DNA from: Heptranchias perlo
Taxonomy: Eukaryota
NCBI RefSeq assembly: GCF_035084215.1
Contig: NC_090339.1
Location: 31,930,001-31,994,000 of the forward strand
DNA length: 64,000 nt
Reading direction: 5' to 3'
Below are positions 1 through 12,600 of the stretch, in pieces (within the stretch, counting starts at the first letter, position 1; each line of letters opens with the position of its first letter). A program made the translations under genes and the position numbers. Below the pieces are notes generated by a model. The model was given only the letters and a program-made list of their open reading frames with translations, was not told where the DNA came from and made no database searches.

Positions 1-225
1 ATTACGCCAGAAAAGGATGCAGAGGTAGGGAACAGCAAGGTTTGGAGGGATGTGAAGATGAAGACGAAGATTTTTAAGTCAATGTGCTTGGTTACAGGGA
101 TCAAATGAAGGCTGATGAAGGTGATAGGTGAGTAGAATTTTGTGTTGCATAGGATACAGGGGGTAAAGTTCTCGATGAGTTGGACCATTTTTAAAGGTGC
201 AGCTCAGGAGGTTGTCAAGGAGAAC
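1..225 (-). mobile_element. L2-type LINE fragment (degenerate)
   Basis: Reverse complement resembles the RT C-terminal/3' region of the L2 copy at 4330-5262 (aaaaattctcatccttgt-like segment). Confidence 0.5.
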
Positions 226-231
226 ATAGGC

Positions 232-557
232 TTCTTTGGCAGCACCTGCCAAACTCACGATCTCCAGCGTCTAGAAGGACAAGGGCAGCAAGTGCATGAG
301 AAAACCAGGTGCATGAGAAAACCATCACCTCCAAATTCCCCTCCAAGTCACCATCACATATCACCATTCCGTCATCGTCAATGGGTCAAAATCTTGGAAC
401 TCCCTACCTAACAGGATTGTGGAGCAAGAAAGCGACCCAGCGAACTGCAGTGGTTCAAGAAGGCGACCCAGTACCAACTTCTCAAGGGCAACTAGGAATG
501 GACAATAAATGCTGGCCTTGCCAATAATGCCCACATCCCAAGAATGAAACAAAAAAG
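232..557 (+). mobile_element. 3' end of a non-LTR retrotransposon common in elasmobranchs, ending in AATAAA and an A-rich tail
   Basis: ctgcagtggttcaagaaggcg...ttctcaagggcaactagg...aataaatgctggccttgcc...cccacatccca followed by an A-tail; clade not assigned. Confidence 0.55.
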
Positions 558-784
558 CTGATTTCAGCCGAGACAGTAGTTATGGTGCTACAACTGCCCT
601 CAGTAATCCTATTCTAGAGAGTGAGGGGGTGGGAAATCAGCCAGGATTCCCATTCCTGATTGTTATGCTGGAAATTCCACTTGTGTAGACATCGGGCATG
701 GACAGGATTGGGTTGAGCAGTGATGCTAAATTGGCTAAACTAGAGAAAGCAAAGTGTGGTTATTAATGGATTGTGTGAGTGTGG

Positions 785-2262
785 CAAGGGTTCAATAGCT
801 GGGATCAGTGCTGGGTCCATTGCTGTTTACGGTGTATAAAAGTGTTAAAGCTGTGGACAGAAACAACTGTGTCCAAATTTGAAAATGTCACCAAATTGGA
901 GGGGGTGGGTTCAAATAATAGGGAAGAGGCAAACCCGTGGATAGATTGACCAGTAACTAGCAAATGGCATTTAATGTAGACAACTGCAAAGTAACAAATT
1001 ATAAAACAATAGAAGTTTACAGCATAGAAGGCGACCATTTGGCCAATCATATCTGAGTCAGCTCTTTGCTGGAGCAATCGAAGAGTGATCCAATTGCCCA
1101 TCTCTCCCTATGGCCGTGTATCTCTCTCTCTGCTTCAAATATTTAGCTAATTTTCGCTTAAAAGCAATGATCTCTGCCTCATCCACTCCCTGCGGCAAAG
1201 CACTCTATAGTCCAACATTCCTTGGTGTAAAGAAATGTATCCTAACCTCTTTGTTTACTGTCAGTAATAGTTTTACAATAATGATCCCTTGTCACTGACT
1301 CCCCAACTGGGGGAAACAGTCTTTCCCTATTCACTATCAATACTCTTCATAATTAAATCTTCTCTGCTCCAGTGGCAACAGATGTAGTATTCAAGTCTCT
1401 CCTTATAACTATATTGTCCAATCCCTGGCATTATCCTAGTGAATCTACGCTGTGTGCTTTCTATCACCTTAATGTCCTTTCTATAATGGAGAGCCCAAAA
1501 TCCCACACATTACTGCAACTGTGGTCTAACCAATATTTTGTAGAAATTCGTTACATTAATGAGACGAAGAAAGGGAAATAAGCAACGGGATTATAGAGTA
1601 CATGGCTCTAAGCTACAGGATGCACATAGGTGGGGTATCTGTGCATACGGGTGGAGAGCTCATTTTAACCAAGAGCGCAGTGTGTGGCAGCAGTTAGGCA
1701 ACTGGATCTTGGCATGTATCGCAGAAAGATAGAGCACCAAAGGGACAGAACACAAATCTCAGGAGGTGATAACAAGGCACTGGTACAGTCACACTTGGAG
1801 GACCATTTACATTGCTGGTCACCATACTACAACAAAAATATCCATGTTAGAGGCAGTGTATAAAAGATAAGCAAACTGATATCTACCTTAAGGCATCAGA
1901 GCTTTGAAATGCAGTTGAAACTTGGGTTAGTTTACTCTGGAGAAGAGCAGGCTCAGGCGAGATACTATTCTAGTTTTCAAGGGAACAGATCAATTGAACG
2001 CCGGTAATATGTTTGAGTTTGCCGCAACTCTAGAACTAGGCTCAAGCTTAGAAGAGGGAAAGTACACAGACAGCTTTGATTGACTATTTTATGTAAAGGG
2101 AGACGAATGTATTGGGCGATTTGTCCAGGGAGGCAGATCGTGTGAAAAAACTTTAGATAATTGGATAGATATTTGAGGGCGTGAATGATTAAGGACTATT
2201 TATTTTTGGGACCTGCCAGATGAACTGCACACATTTTTCTAGTCCTGTACTTTCCTATGTAC
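785..2262 (+). mobile_element. Old CR1 LINE (RT to 3' UTR), interrupted by an antisense CR1 fragment at about 1008-1550
   Basis: gggatcagtgctgggtccattgctgttt (GSVLGPLLF motif), tttaatgtagacaactgcaaagta, and degenerate ALVRxHLE and LGLFxLEKRRLR segments on +; the inner segment reads as a CR1 3' end on -. Confidence 0.7.
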
Positions 2263-2689
2263 AAAGATTTAGAAATTGGGTATTTTTAATCCAGGTTTAT
2301 AGGGAGTTTAAAAGTCTTTGGTAAACTCATTACCTGCTTACAGTTTCACTGCAGTAATTTTATCTACAAATACAACTATTGTGTGTATTACTCCAACAGG
2401 ATATTTCAACATTGTGTGATTTTCCACTATTTGTCTGGAAACCTATAAATATATTTTTGGAAAAACAGCAACAAAATGAAAACTGGCACAGGGTCAACTG
2501 ATAACAGGTAGATCCAGACCAACAAGATATCCAATTATTAAACTGACAGTGCTGCCATTGGCCCAGTATCAGCTGTCCTGCAGTTACACAAATGTTCAGT
2601 AAATGATCAGGGGCATTTATTACATCATTTAAAGTGGCATTACCACTGGAAATTGCATAGCTTTTCAGCCATGTTTATCAACACTCAGC

Positions 2690-3432
2690 ATAATCATAGA
2701 CAACAAATTGGGAGCAATCATTGATTCTTACACCTTCGAAAAAGCCCTTTTGGCCATCAATTCTGCACCAGTGATTTTTTCCCCCCCGCAAGGTACCTAA
2801 TCCAATCCGATAGTCCTGCTTGTTTTATGCGTCCTTAAGTATTCCTCTTTGCCAAACAACTATTTATTTCACTTTTAAAATAGTTTGTGGACTCTGCTTT
2901 AGTAACTCTTAATTGCAGAGAATTCCAAATTCTATCCACTCTTGGTATAAAGAATTTTTTTCTAACCTCCCCTTTAGTTTCTTTTGTAATCATCTTAATT
3001 TTGTGGCCGCCTTTTACCGTCTCGCTGACCTATCACGTTTTGCCTTATCATAACCCTTCATAATCTTGAAGACCTCGATCATGTCATCCCTTAACCTTCT
3101 CAACTCTACTGAAAAAAGCTCTAGCTTCTCATCTTTCTTCATAACTGTAACCCCTCATTCATGGTAAAATCCTACTGAATCTAAGCTGCATCTTTACCAT
3201 CTTTTTTATCCTATAGGGTGCCCAAAACTGCATACAATACTTCAAGTGAAACCTATTTATTTGTCTTCTAACTTTTGTATTTATTCAAAACTAGGGATTC
3301 CATTTGTCTTTTTTATGGCCTTATTTCCTTGCATTGCTGATTTTAATGGCCTGTTTATCTGCACACCTAGATCCCATTTACCATTTTACAGTTTAAGCTG
3401 TTATTTCCTTTCCCACTTTTTGCTTCACATGT
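2690..3432 (-). mobile_element. CR1 LINE 3' fragment
   Basis: Reverse strand gives degenerate ggttaagggatgacatgatcgaggtcttcaagattatgaaggg (RLRxDMIEVFKIMKG). Confidence 0.7.
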
Positions 3433-4329
3433 AACAAGAACGGAGTATTTTGTCCGTGGCTTTTTTCTCCCCATTCATTTCTTTACAACATTTCTAATGT
3501 TAAAATAGGCTCTTAAAAATACTTTCAGTCTTAAAGCTACACATTCTTTCAGCCAATGTATTAGTCAGTAGAATCAAACAGAATACAAACTCCTGCAAAG
3601 AGCCTCAGTGTTATTAATATCATAAAATTTTAATTTCAAAATGTTTAGTCTTAATGCTTCACCAGAGTACCCCCTGGTAACTATCTGCACAGTCAGCCAT
3701 CTTTTGATATCTGGCAGATTGCTAGCTTGTTTGGCTGTGTTGTAATCTCATCAAATTCTCTCAGTTTAGTTCGTCCTGAAAAAGGGGTGGCCAGTTGGCT
3801 GGAAACAGGTTGTGGGAGACGAGCCTTATAACTTTGAACCCAACTGTAATTTACAGCTTTATTTCATTGTAAAAAAAAACTTTTGAGATGCTGTACCTCT
3901 GAAAGACAGGCTTGATTGACAGCTCCTTGCCCTGACAAGAAATATATTTGGCAGCTTCTTGTCTGTTCAGTAGTTCTTATTCCATTGGTGTAGAAGTAAA
4001 TATATGAATGCTGTGTGGGCTGGCCTCAACCTCAAATTTTGAGTTACAGGTTGGTGAATAGTCATATTGTGAACTAAGAAATTGGAAGTTAGGTGTAATC
4101 TAGTGAAATCTGCTGTGTTGATCTTCTACTACTGTTTAAGTTTTATTTTTACTAAACATGATTCATAAGTTCTGGTCTAAGCCACACAGTACAACAATGA
4201 TTATTCTTCCATTATCCAAAGACTATGAGGATGCGAGAAGGCCTGTGTCAGTTCCAGTGAGCACATCAGTCACAATGGGTTCTGTTCAATCCTGGGTAGC
4301 GTTACTTAACTAGATATTGTGTGTATAAT

Positions 4330-5262
4330 GTCACTTCGATTTATATGAAGTGAGGACTCAACTAACACCACCTGCTCTTTCGACCCCTCCACTGCCTCTG
4401 ATTTGTCATGCTGCTTGTCCAGTATTGGATGAGCAGAAATTTCCTCCAGTGAAATATTGGGAAGACCAAAGCCATTGTCTTCTGTCCCTGCCACAAACTC
4501 CGTTCCCCCACCAACAACTGCATCCCTCTCCCTGGCCACTGTCTGAGGCTGAAGCAGACTGTTTGCAGTCCTATTTGACCTTGAGCTGAGCTTCCGATCC
4601 CATATCCTCTCCATCACCAAGACCACCTACTTCCACCTCCATGACATTGCCCGTCTCTGCCTCTGCCTCAGCCAATCTGCTGCTGAAACCCTCATCCATG
4701 CCTCTGTTACCTCCAGACTCCACTATTCCAATGCTCTCCTGGCCACCTACCACCCTCTAAACTTGAGCTCATCCAAAACTCTGCTGCCTGTATTCTAACT
4801 TGCACCAAGTCCCACTCACCCATCACCCTTGTGCGCGCTGACCTACATTGGCTCCCAGTCCGGCAATACCTCGATTTAAAAATTCTCATCCTTGTACTCA
4901 AATCCCTCCATGGCCTTGCCTCTCCGTGTCTCTGTAACCTCCTCCAGCCCTAAACCCCCCCACCCACCCGAGATCTCTGCGCTCCTCCAATTCTGGCCTC
5001 TTACGCATCCCTGATTTCCTTCGCTCCGCCACTGGCGGCCATGCCTTCATCTGTCTCAGCCCTAAGCTCTGGAACTCCCTCTCTACCTCTCTCTTCCTTT
5101 AAGTCACTCCTTAAAACCTGCCTCTTTGACCAAGCTTTTGGTCACCTGTCTTAATATCTCCTTGTGTGGTTCGGTATCAAATTTTGTTTGAAAATAGCTC
5201 CTGTGAAGCGCCTTGGAACGTTTTACTACATTAAAGGTGCTATATAAATGCAAGTTTTTGTT
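4330..5262 (+). mobile_element. L2-type LINE, 5'-truncated, with intact 3' tail
   Basis: LIHAxVTSRLxYSN, QNSAAxILT and LHWLPV motifs, and terminal tgtgaagcgccttggaacgttttactacattaaaggtgctatataaatgcaagtt. Confidence 0.85.
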
Positions 5263-6631
5263 GGTGCACAGCACAAGTAGTATATCTGGTGATCCCCAAA
5301 ATTTTAAGAGAACCCCAACTTCAGTCATTGCCTTTACTTCAGGTAGAGTGGGTTTGTGCTAACTGATGGCACATTTGTCCCTTGTAGCCAGTTAACTCCC
5401 CACCCCCCAATTCAAAATTTCACAGCCCCAGGCACAAAGAGGCTACTGGAGCACAGTTATTAGACAGAGGGGAGAAAGCAGAGCCCAAGTACTCAGTGTG
5501 CCACTGGGCCTCTGTTTTGCTCCCCAAAAGTTTCATACTTATGCAACAGAAATTATCTTTGGGTTGCTCGTACTTGATATGATAACAAGTGGTTTCCATG
5601 TGCTCTTTCCCTCCCCAAAATATCAGTGGTCTCCCTTTAACTCAAGATGTAATGATGGAGATTACGGGTTAACAGTCTTACCTCCCGCTTTACCCAGAAT
5701 TAAAAGACCACTGGCTTTTGGCAGCTGGCGACAATTTTAAAATAACAGCTGTAATGGCCCACTACTGTCCAGTTGAAATCAGCGCACAGAAGATTGAATC
5801 GAGGATCGTGCTGTTCTGCATATTGCTCAGTAATGGGGGGGGGCGAATGGGTTAATCAGCAACAATGCAGTAAATACGTATAGTTATTAAAAGAGCGAAT
5901 TGCACATATTTCTTGCGTCTTTTACGATAAATAAAGCAACGTCATGACTGCTCTCTGTGAACCACAGTCCCGTTGCACACTTTATTTGCCTGTGTTGTTT
6001 CTGAAATGACCGACTACAGGAGCTGCGGGGGAGCTCCGCTGGTGGAGGACTGTTAATCATTTACACAAATAATACATCAGTCCTCGGGCTCTTGCCGCTG
6101 CCTCTTTGCTCCCCGTGCTCCAAAATAAACCTTTCCACTGCCTGCAGGGAAGGGAGCAACAGCCCCTTTGCAACCAAGTCCAGCCTATTTAAAACGCAGA
6201 AAACCTGCAACTTTTTAATGGGAACCATGTCCTTCAAACGCCCACAGCACCTCCAGAAAAAGTTACTTTGAAAAATAGTCATGCAGTCGGGTTTTTGTTT
6301 TTAAAAAATTCTTTTTAAAAAAAGCATACTTTATGCCAGATTTACAGAAGATTCTTTCCTTTTCAATGCGATTTAAAGTGCATTCCCCAAAGTTTCTTCC
6401 AACAGCAGGCTATTGCTACGGGATACAAATTACTATGCACTTCGATTTGAACTTTTTATTTCTGAACTTTTTTTTCTCTCTGCTCCGAGATGGGTCACTC
6501 TGGCAAATGCATGAACAAATAATGCAGAAGCGAACTTCTTTGTCACTTTTTGCAGCAGTTGAATAATGGACACAGTTCACTTTCTCCGTTTACCGGGGGG
6601 GGGGGTGGGTGAAATCGCTTAGAGTTTTTAC

Positions 6632-6757
6632 CTTTGAGATGGTGAGGGACTCTCCATGTTCCAGCCCCCCTTTAAGAGTGAAGCCCCAAGGAGCTCCTCC
6701 TTGCAACTGCACATGAACGTGTTGGTAGATGCTGGCTGTCTCTCTGCTGCGCTCCAT
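6632..6757 (-). CDS. SHROOM4: Shroom family member 4, first coding exon (N-terminal part of the PDZ domain); the rest of the gene lies leftward, with no further exon recognised in this window
   Basis: Manual translation [42 protein letters not shown], then a GT donor (AAG/gtaaaa). Matches the SHROOM4 start motif [19 protein letters not shown]. Divergent from BMP15, as in mammals. Confidence 0.9.
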
Positions 6758-7400
6758 AATCTTCTTTGATTACTCGGAGTTCCATCACATTCCCATTGAT
6801 TTTTTTTCCTTCCCCACTAACTGCTACATTGCGGAAATGACATTGACACACAACCCCCTTCTCCTCCAACCGCCTCCTCTCGGATTGACATCCAGTCCAG
6901 CCAATTATCCCTCCTGGAAAAGTGTGAGAACCGAACCAATGCAGTGCGAGGATCCACAGGTCCAGGCTAGAGGCGGTCGCTCCGACTCTCTGCCCCTCTT
7001 CCGCGACATTCTCCGCGCCTGGGTGGCCCTGGAGAGGGGACATGCGGGTTTCTGCGACCGGTGGGCACCGCAGGGACTGGAGTGTATCCTTGATCAATAT
7101 AATAAAGTTGTTATTTCAATTTGTTTGTTATTTGATTCTGTTTTAATTTTTTTTTTTAAAAATCACCCTCAAACCCCTTACAAAAGGGGCCTAAACACAA
7201 AAAAAGTCTACTTTTCTTAATTGACCAAAATGAGACTCTGGATTGCCCCAGCGTCATCGTGCAAAATCAAAAAAATAGACAAAAAAGAGAAAAAAATGCA
7301 GTGCAAGGGCGGGACTTGGGGAATTTGGGATTATAGCGCTGGTTCTTAGGGAGTTAGTGGTTTTAACCCATTATTTGTCTTGCTAATCCCAAAGAAATCT
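6758..7400 (-). promoter_or_regulatory. Putative SHROOM4 5' UTR/promoter, interrupted by a Tx1 fragment
   Basis: CCAAT motifs near 6901 and 6936 and a GC box gggcgggac near 7307; locally CpG-richer; position upstream of the ATG. Confidence 0.4.
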
Positions 7401-9070
7401 GCGCTCAATTGGTTTCAGAATCTCATTCATGGGAATTTTGGAGACTCGTGTTTTTGTTGGAGGTTTCCTTCAATTCAAGTGGGGATCTGGGAGTGTGTTG
7501 CACGGAGCGTCCCCACAAACTGGCATTTAATCCATTTCATGGACTCACAGGCCGCCTGTAATTTCTGCTCATGTTTATATGGGTTGTATGAGGTTGCAGC
7601 CCTTGTTTTGTTATTTGAGGGAACTACTCCTCAAGTTATGGCTGCACTTCAGTCCCACGCTCCTGATCTTTGGCCGCCCGGTGAGGAGGGGGCGGGCAGG
7701 TCGGTGGACGTCTTCGTGGGCCTGCTCCTGGGCCTGTCCAAGGTGGCTATCCACAGGTCCAGGTTAGAAGTGGCCCGTGGGGGCGGTCGCTCCGACTGTC
7801 TGCCTCTCTTCCACGGCATTCTCTGTGCCCGGGTGGTCCTGGAAAAGGAGCACGCGGTGTCTGCCAGTACGCTTGAGGCTTTCCGCAACTGGGGGTCACT
7901 GCAGGGACTGGAGTGCATCCTCGATCAGGGGAATGAGATTATTATTTGAACTTGTTTATTTGTTTTTTTCTTTGGGTCTGATTTGTGGGTTTTATATTAT
8001 ATATATAAAAAAATGAAAGTTACCCCTTAACCCCCCCCACTTCTATAAAAGGGGGCCTGAATTAAAAGAGTGGCTAAACTACACATCCTTAACTCCCCCC
8101 CCCACCCCCCCCACTTCTAAAAAAAGGGCCTGAATTAAAAGAGTGGAGAAGGAGCACGAGGTGTCTGCCAATAGACTTGAGGCTTTCCGGTGGGCACTGC
8201 AGGGACTGGAGTGCATAGTCGATGAGCACAATGGGATTTTGGTTTAATTCGGCTGTGATTGGGTGTAGCATAAAAAAAAAACATTTTGGTAGCACTTCAG
8301 TAGGTTTTTGGGGTTCTTGACACTGGGGCAACCTGGTGTCTTTTTTCATGGTTTTACACAAAGATTCCTCCAATTCAAGTGGGGGTCTGGGGAGGAGAAT
8401 GTTGCACAGAGCAGTCCCCACAAACCGGCTTTTAATCCACTTTCCGGACTCCCGGCCGCCTGTAATTTCTGCAGCCTGGATGAGTCCGTGTTTCACATCT
8501 ACATGGAATGCGAGAGGTTGCAGCCCCTGTTCCACTATTTAAAGAGGCTGTTCCTCGAGTTCTGGCTGCATTTCAGTCCCACAGTCCTGATCTTTGGCTG
8601 CCCAGCGAGGCGGGGGCAAGCAAGTCGGAAATGATTCGAAATAGTGTCATGGGATTTTTTACATCCACCTGAGAGGGCAGACGGGGCCTCGGTTTTCCAT
8701 CTCATCCAAAAGACGGCACCTCCACATGGGTCTGCTCTTGGGCCTGACCAAGATTACCATCTACAGGTCCAGGTTAGATGCGGCCCGTGGGAGCGCTCGC
8801 TCCAACTGTCTGCCTCTCTTCTACAGCATTCACCGCGCCCTGATGGCCCCGGTGAAGGAGCACATGGTGTCTGCCAGTACACTTGAAGCTTTTCACGACC
8901 AGTGGGTGCTGCAGTGACAGGAATGCATAGTCGATGAGGACAATGGGATTTTGATTTAATGTGGTTGTGATTGGGTGTGCCAAAAAAAAAAACATTTTGG
9001 TTGCACTTTAGTAGGACTTTGAGGTACTTTTATTTTTCACAGGTTTCAATCAAAGATTCCTCCAATTCAA
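6950..9070 (+). mobile_element. Cluster of four co-oriented Tx1-clade LINE 3' fragments (about 6950-7215, 7470-8075, 8143-8290, 8375-8995)
   Basis: ORF2 C-terminal motifs AACNFCxLDESVFHIYMECERLQPLF, WLHFSPT, GLLLGLxKxxIxRSR, EKEHAVS and QGLECILD recur; the spacer ttcct(c/t)caattcaagt is shared. Confidence 0.8.
8640..8725 (-). mobile_element. SINE fragment (SacSINE1/DeuSINE-like) inserted in a Tx1 copy
   Basis: gggattttttacatccacctgagagggcagacggggcctcgg...catccaaaagacggcacctcc interrupts the Tx1 reading frame. Confidence 0.65.
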
Positions 9071-9236
9071 GTAAGAACTCTACAAAAAACAGAAATCTGG
9101 GAAGTAATTTGTTTCATTCTTACAGTCTATATGCAAGTATCCCAAATCTCATATAAAGTTTGTAAATGATAAAACTTTTCTCTGTCTGAATGTACACACT
9201 TGTGTTCTAACTTTTTATTTTCCCTTTATTTTATTT

Positions 9237-9390
9237 TCATAGAATCATACAGCACAGGAGGCCATTCAGCCCATCGTGCCTGTGCCAGCTCTTTGAAAGA
9301 GCTATCCATTTAGTCCCACTCCTCTGCTTTTTCCTCATAGCCCTGCAATTTATTTCCCTTCAAGTATATATCCAATTCCCTTTTCTGAAA
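9237..9390 (-). mobile_element. CR1 LINE 3' terminal fragment
   Basis: catagaatcatacagcacaggaggccattcagcccatcgtgcctgtgcc; similar copy at 17885-18030. Confidence 0.7.
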
Positions 9391-10221
9391 GTGAAGTCTC
9401 ATGCTGAGTTATGATTCAATAGGCACCAGCAGTTCTCCCTTATTTCACTCTACAGCCCATTTTACCATAGCTCAGATAGGGAGGAGGGGGTACCACAGCT
9501 GAACTCAATTCTGTTTTCATTCACAAGAATCACAAGAAAATAGTCAAGGTGAAGGGTATTGAGCTGCTTTTTCTCCTTCACAGCTCAGCGATGGAATCTG
9601 GGGGAACTGGATGATACATTCATCTGCTGAGCTGTTAGGGAAACATAACATTTAGTGAGGCTCTGACAGCGCCACTTTCTACCAGAAGGAATGTGAAAGC
9701 AGTGCAGGTGGGAAAAGTCGCCCTCCTCCAATTTTTCTCTGTTCCTGTGGGGTTGTGGCTGACCTTCACTTGGCACCACCTCACAATGTCACAGCTGAGA
9801 AATTGGTAATTCACTGTGCATAGAATCAGGGCAACATTTGATAATGAGTTGTGCTGCTCACCATGCTACCCGTTAGAGTTCCTAGTACTGGCTGTCTGCC
9901 TATTCAGAGCTCAAACCTACACTTGTCATTTGTCTAATGACCAACTCGTGCCTATTCTCCTTTGTGGAGGAGGTGATCAGACTCTCTTTGGGCCAAGGTA
10001 GCTCCAACGTGATAATGGAAGTTAGGAACCAAGTCAGCCCTCTGTGGAAGACTCAGTAATCGACATCTGAGCGAGGCAGGTCACAGTGCTCCAGGGCACT
10101 GTTCATGATTGATCAGCCAGTCTGGCTCCTTAGTAGGATCTGGAAAGATAGACCTGTAACTGGGGCTGGGATTTTTCCCACTTCTTCCAGATAACCCTGC
10201 AAGCCAAGGTCCTAATGGGTA

Positions 10222-10960
10222 AGAATCATGGAATGGTTACAGCACAGAAGGAGGCCATTCGGCCCATCGAGCCTGTGCCAGCTGGCGATCCAGCTAGTCC
10301 CACTCCCTTGCTTATTCCCCGTAGCCCTGCAAATTTTTCTCCTTCACGTACCTATCTAATTCCTTTTTGAAAGCCACAATTGACCCTGCTTCCCCATCCT
10401 CTCAGGCAGCGCATTTCAGATCCTAACTATTCGATGCGTAAAAATGTTTTTCCTCATGTCGCCTTTGGTTCTATTGCCAATCACCTTAAGCCTGTGTCCT
10501 CTGGTTCGCGACCCTTCCGCCAGTGGGAACAGTTTTTCTTTATTTACTTTGTCTAGACCCTTTATGATTTTGAACACCTCTATCAAATCTCTGCTCAACC
10601 TTCTCTGCTCTAAGGAGAACAATCCCAGCTTTTCCAGTCTATCCACGTAACTGAGGTCCCTCATCACTGGAACCATTCTAGTAAATCTTTTCTGCACCCT
10701 CTCTAAGGCCTTCACATCCTTCCTAAAGTGCAGTGCCCAGAATTGGACACAATACTCCAATTGTGGCCGAACTAGCGTTTTACAAAGGTTCAACATAACT
10801 TCCTCGTTTTTGTATTCTATGTCTCTATTTATAAAGCCCAGAATCCTGTATGCTTTCTTAACTGCTTTCTCAACCTGTCCTGCCACCTTCAATGACCTGT
10901 GTACATATACCCCCACATCTCTCTGTTCCTGCACCCCCTTTAGAGGTGTAACCTTTAGTT
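10222..10960 (-). mobile_element. Relatively young CR1 LINE 3' fragment with open RT C-terminal frame
   Basis: ORF 10416-10997: LVRPQLEYCVQFW, KDVKALERVQKRFTRM, LGLFSLEQRRL, SRTRGH; the 3' UTR follows. Confidence 0.92.
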
Positions 10961-11449
10961 TAGGGTAGGGGCGTCCTGGATGAATGAGCAGCGGCATGTC
11001 TACTAATGCTCTTTGCTGGGCTGTGTACTAAATTCCAGCAGTGCCCATGTTCTGATAACCTACATCTAAGCTTTCTGCACTTAGGTAAACTGGGGCTGTG
11101 CCTACAGGGAGAGAATATGCAGTCCTGAGAAAACTGTGTAGCTTGGTCTGAAGACACAACCATGGTGGTAGGTTTCTATGTGTGAGACACCTGGCTGACC
11201 CAAAAAAGCATGAAGCAGGACCACTTGTGGCTCAGCATGTAGGGGATCCCAGTAGTTTCCACCACCATGGAAACAACTTACATTTTTAAATATTTGCTGG
11301 AATTCCTGGGTTTAGCCTGATCAATGTAGTAGGGGAAGCAGGTGGGCAATGCATTCCTATGACAGAAATAGGGACATCTACATAATGGAATTTGGTGCCA
11401 TTGTGAATTCATCATGTCCATACGCCTGTACTATACTTCAAAGGGCATC

Positions 11450-11745
11450 AAGTTACATTGAGCCTACAGCACAGAAACAGAGCATTCAGCCCAAATAGTC
11501 TATGCAGGCGTTTCTGCTCCACACGAGCCTCCTCCCTCCCTACTTCATCTAACCCTATCAGCATGCCCTTCTATTTCTTTCTCCCTTTTGTGCTTATCTA
11601 GCTTCCCTTTAAATGCATCTACGCTATTTGCCTCAACTACTCCTTGAGGTAGCATGTTCCACATTCTAACCATTCTTTGGGTAAAGAAGTTTCTCCTGAA
11701 TTCCCTATTGGATTTGTTAATGACTATCTTATATTTATGACCTGA
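11450..11745 (-). mobile_element. CR1 LINE 3' fragment
   Basis: ORF 11545-11778: GHKYKI...RRNFFTQRMVRMWNMLP...FKGKLDKH. Confidence 0.85.
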
Positions 11746-12371
11746 TGTATGGTGTTTATTTAAGTAATTTGATTTCAAATGCCCAGAAATGCAGGCAAAG
11801 GGGAAGAGAGAACTATGGCAGTGACATAATTATTTACTATAAGGCAGAATGTTTTGTAATTAAATTCAAACTATTAAATATTCCTGGGAAGCCAAGAAAT
11901 CAACAAGTCACATATTAGGTTTAACAGTCCTTTTTAACATTCAAACAAGCAAATCTCTGTTGCAGTTAGAACAGTAGCTGTTTTACATTCAATAACTCAC
12001 TTCCAAAACGAAATGATCCTGGGCTAAGAAAGGAAAAAAGGTCAGCTAATATTCTCACCATGAATGCAAACTAGAGACAAAGTGGAATGATGGACTCTTG
12101 AGAGATCAGAGTTTGGGAGTCAGGAGAAGATCCAGGGAAACAGATAATGTTGAATTTGAGATAATTAACCTGATAATAAGAAAAAATATCTGAACTATTA
12201 GTAGCTTGTAGTTTACACCCATTCTGTTGGTTAATAAATTACAGACTAGTAAAGTAACCATTTAATTAAGCAATTAACCAATTAACATTCCGAGAGTTAA
12301 ACTGCCATTTATGTGTTTGATGTATAAAGTCTGCAGGCCCATGAGATTTTCTTTGTACATGTTGTTTTACA

Positions 12372-12600
12372 ATGGTAGAAAATGCTGGAAACATAGCAGG
12401 TCAGTCCGCATTTGGAGAGAGAACTGACAAGTTAACGTTTCAGTTGCTGACACTTCTTCTGTATTTTGAAGAAGGGCCTGTACCCAAAACATTAAGTTAT
12501 CTGTTCTCTCCACAAATGCGGACTGACCTGCTGTGTGTTTCTAACATTTTTGTTTTTGTATCAGATTTTCAGCATCTGCATTTTTTTTGCTTTTTACTTG
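12372..12600. mobile_element. Penelope-like (pseudo-LTR) inverted-repeat element, decayed; further fragments near 12645-12725 and 13095-13135
   Basis: Arms aaaatgctggaaacatagcaggtcagtccgcatttggagagagaac and gttctctccacaaatgcggactgacctgctgtgtgtttctaacatttt are reverse complements; same family as 33270-33403. Confidence 0.6.

Noticed and set aside
292-324. 17-bp tandem duplication (gtgcatgagaaaacca)
   Set aside because: Simple slippage within a retroelement remnant.
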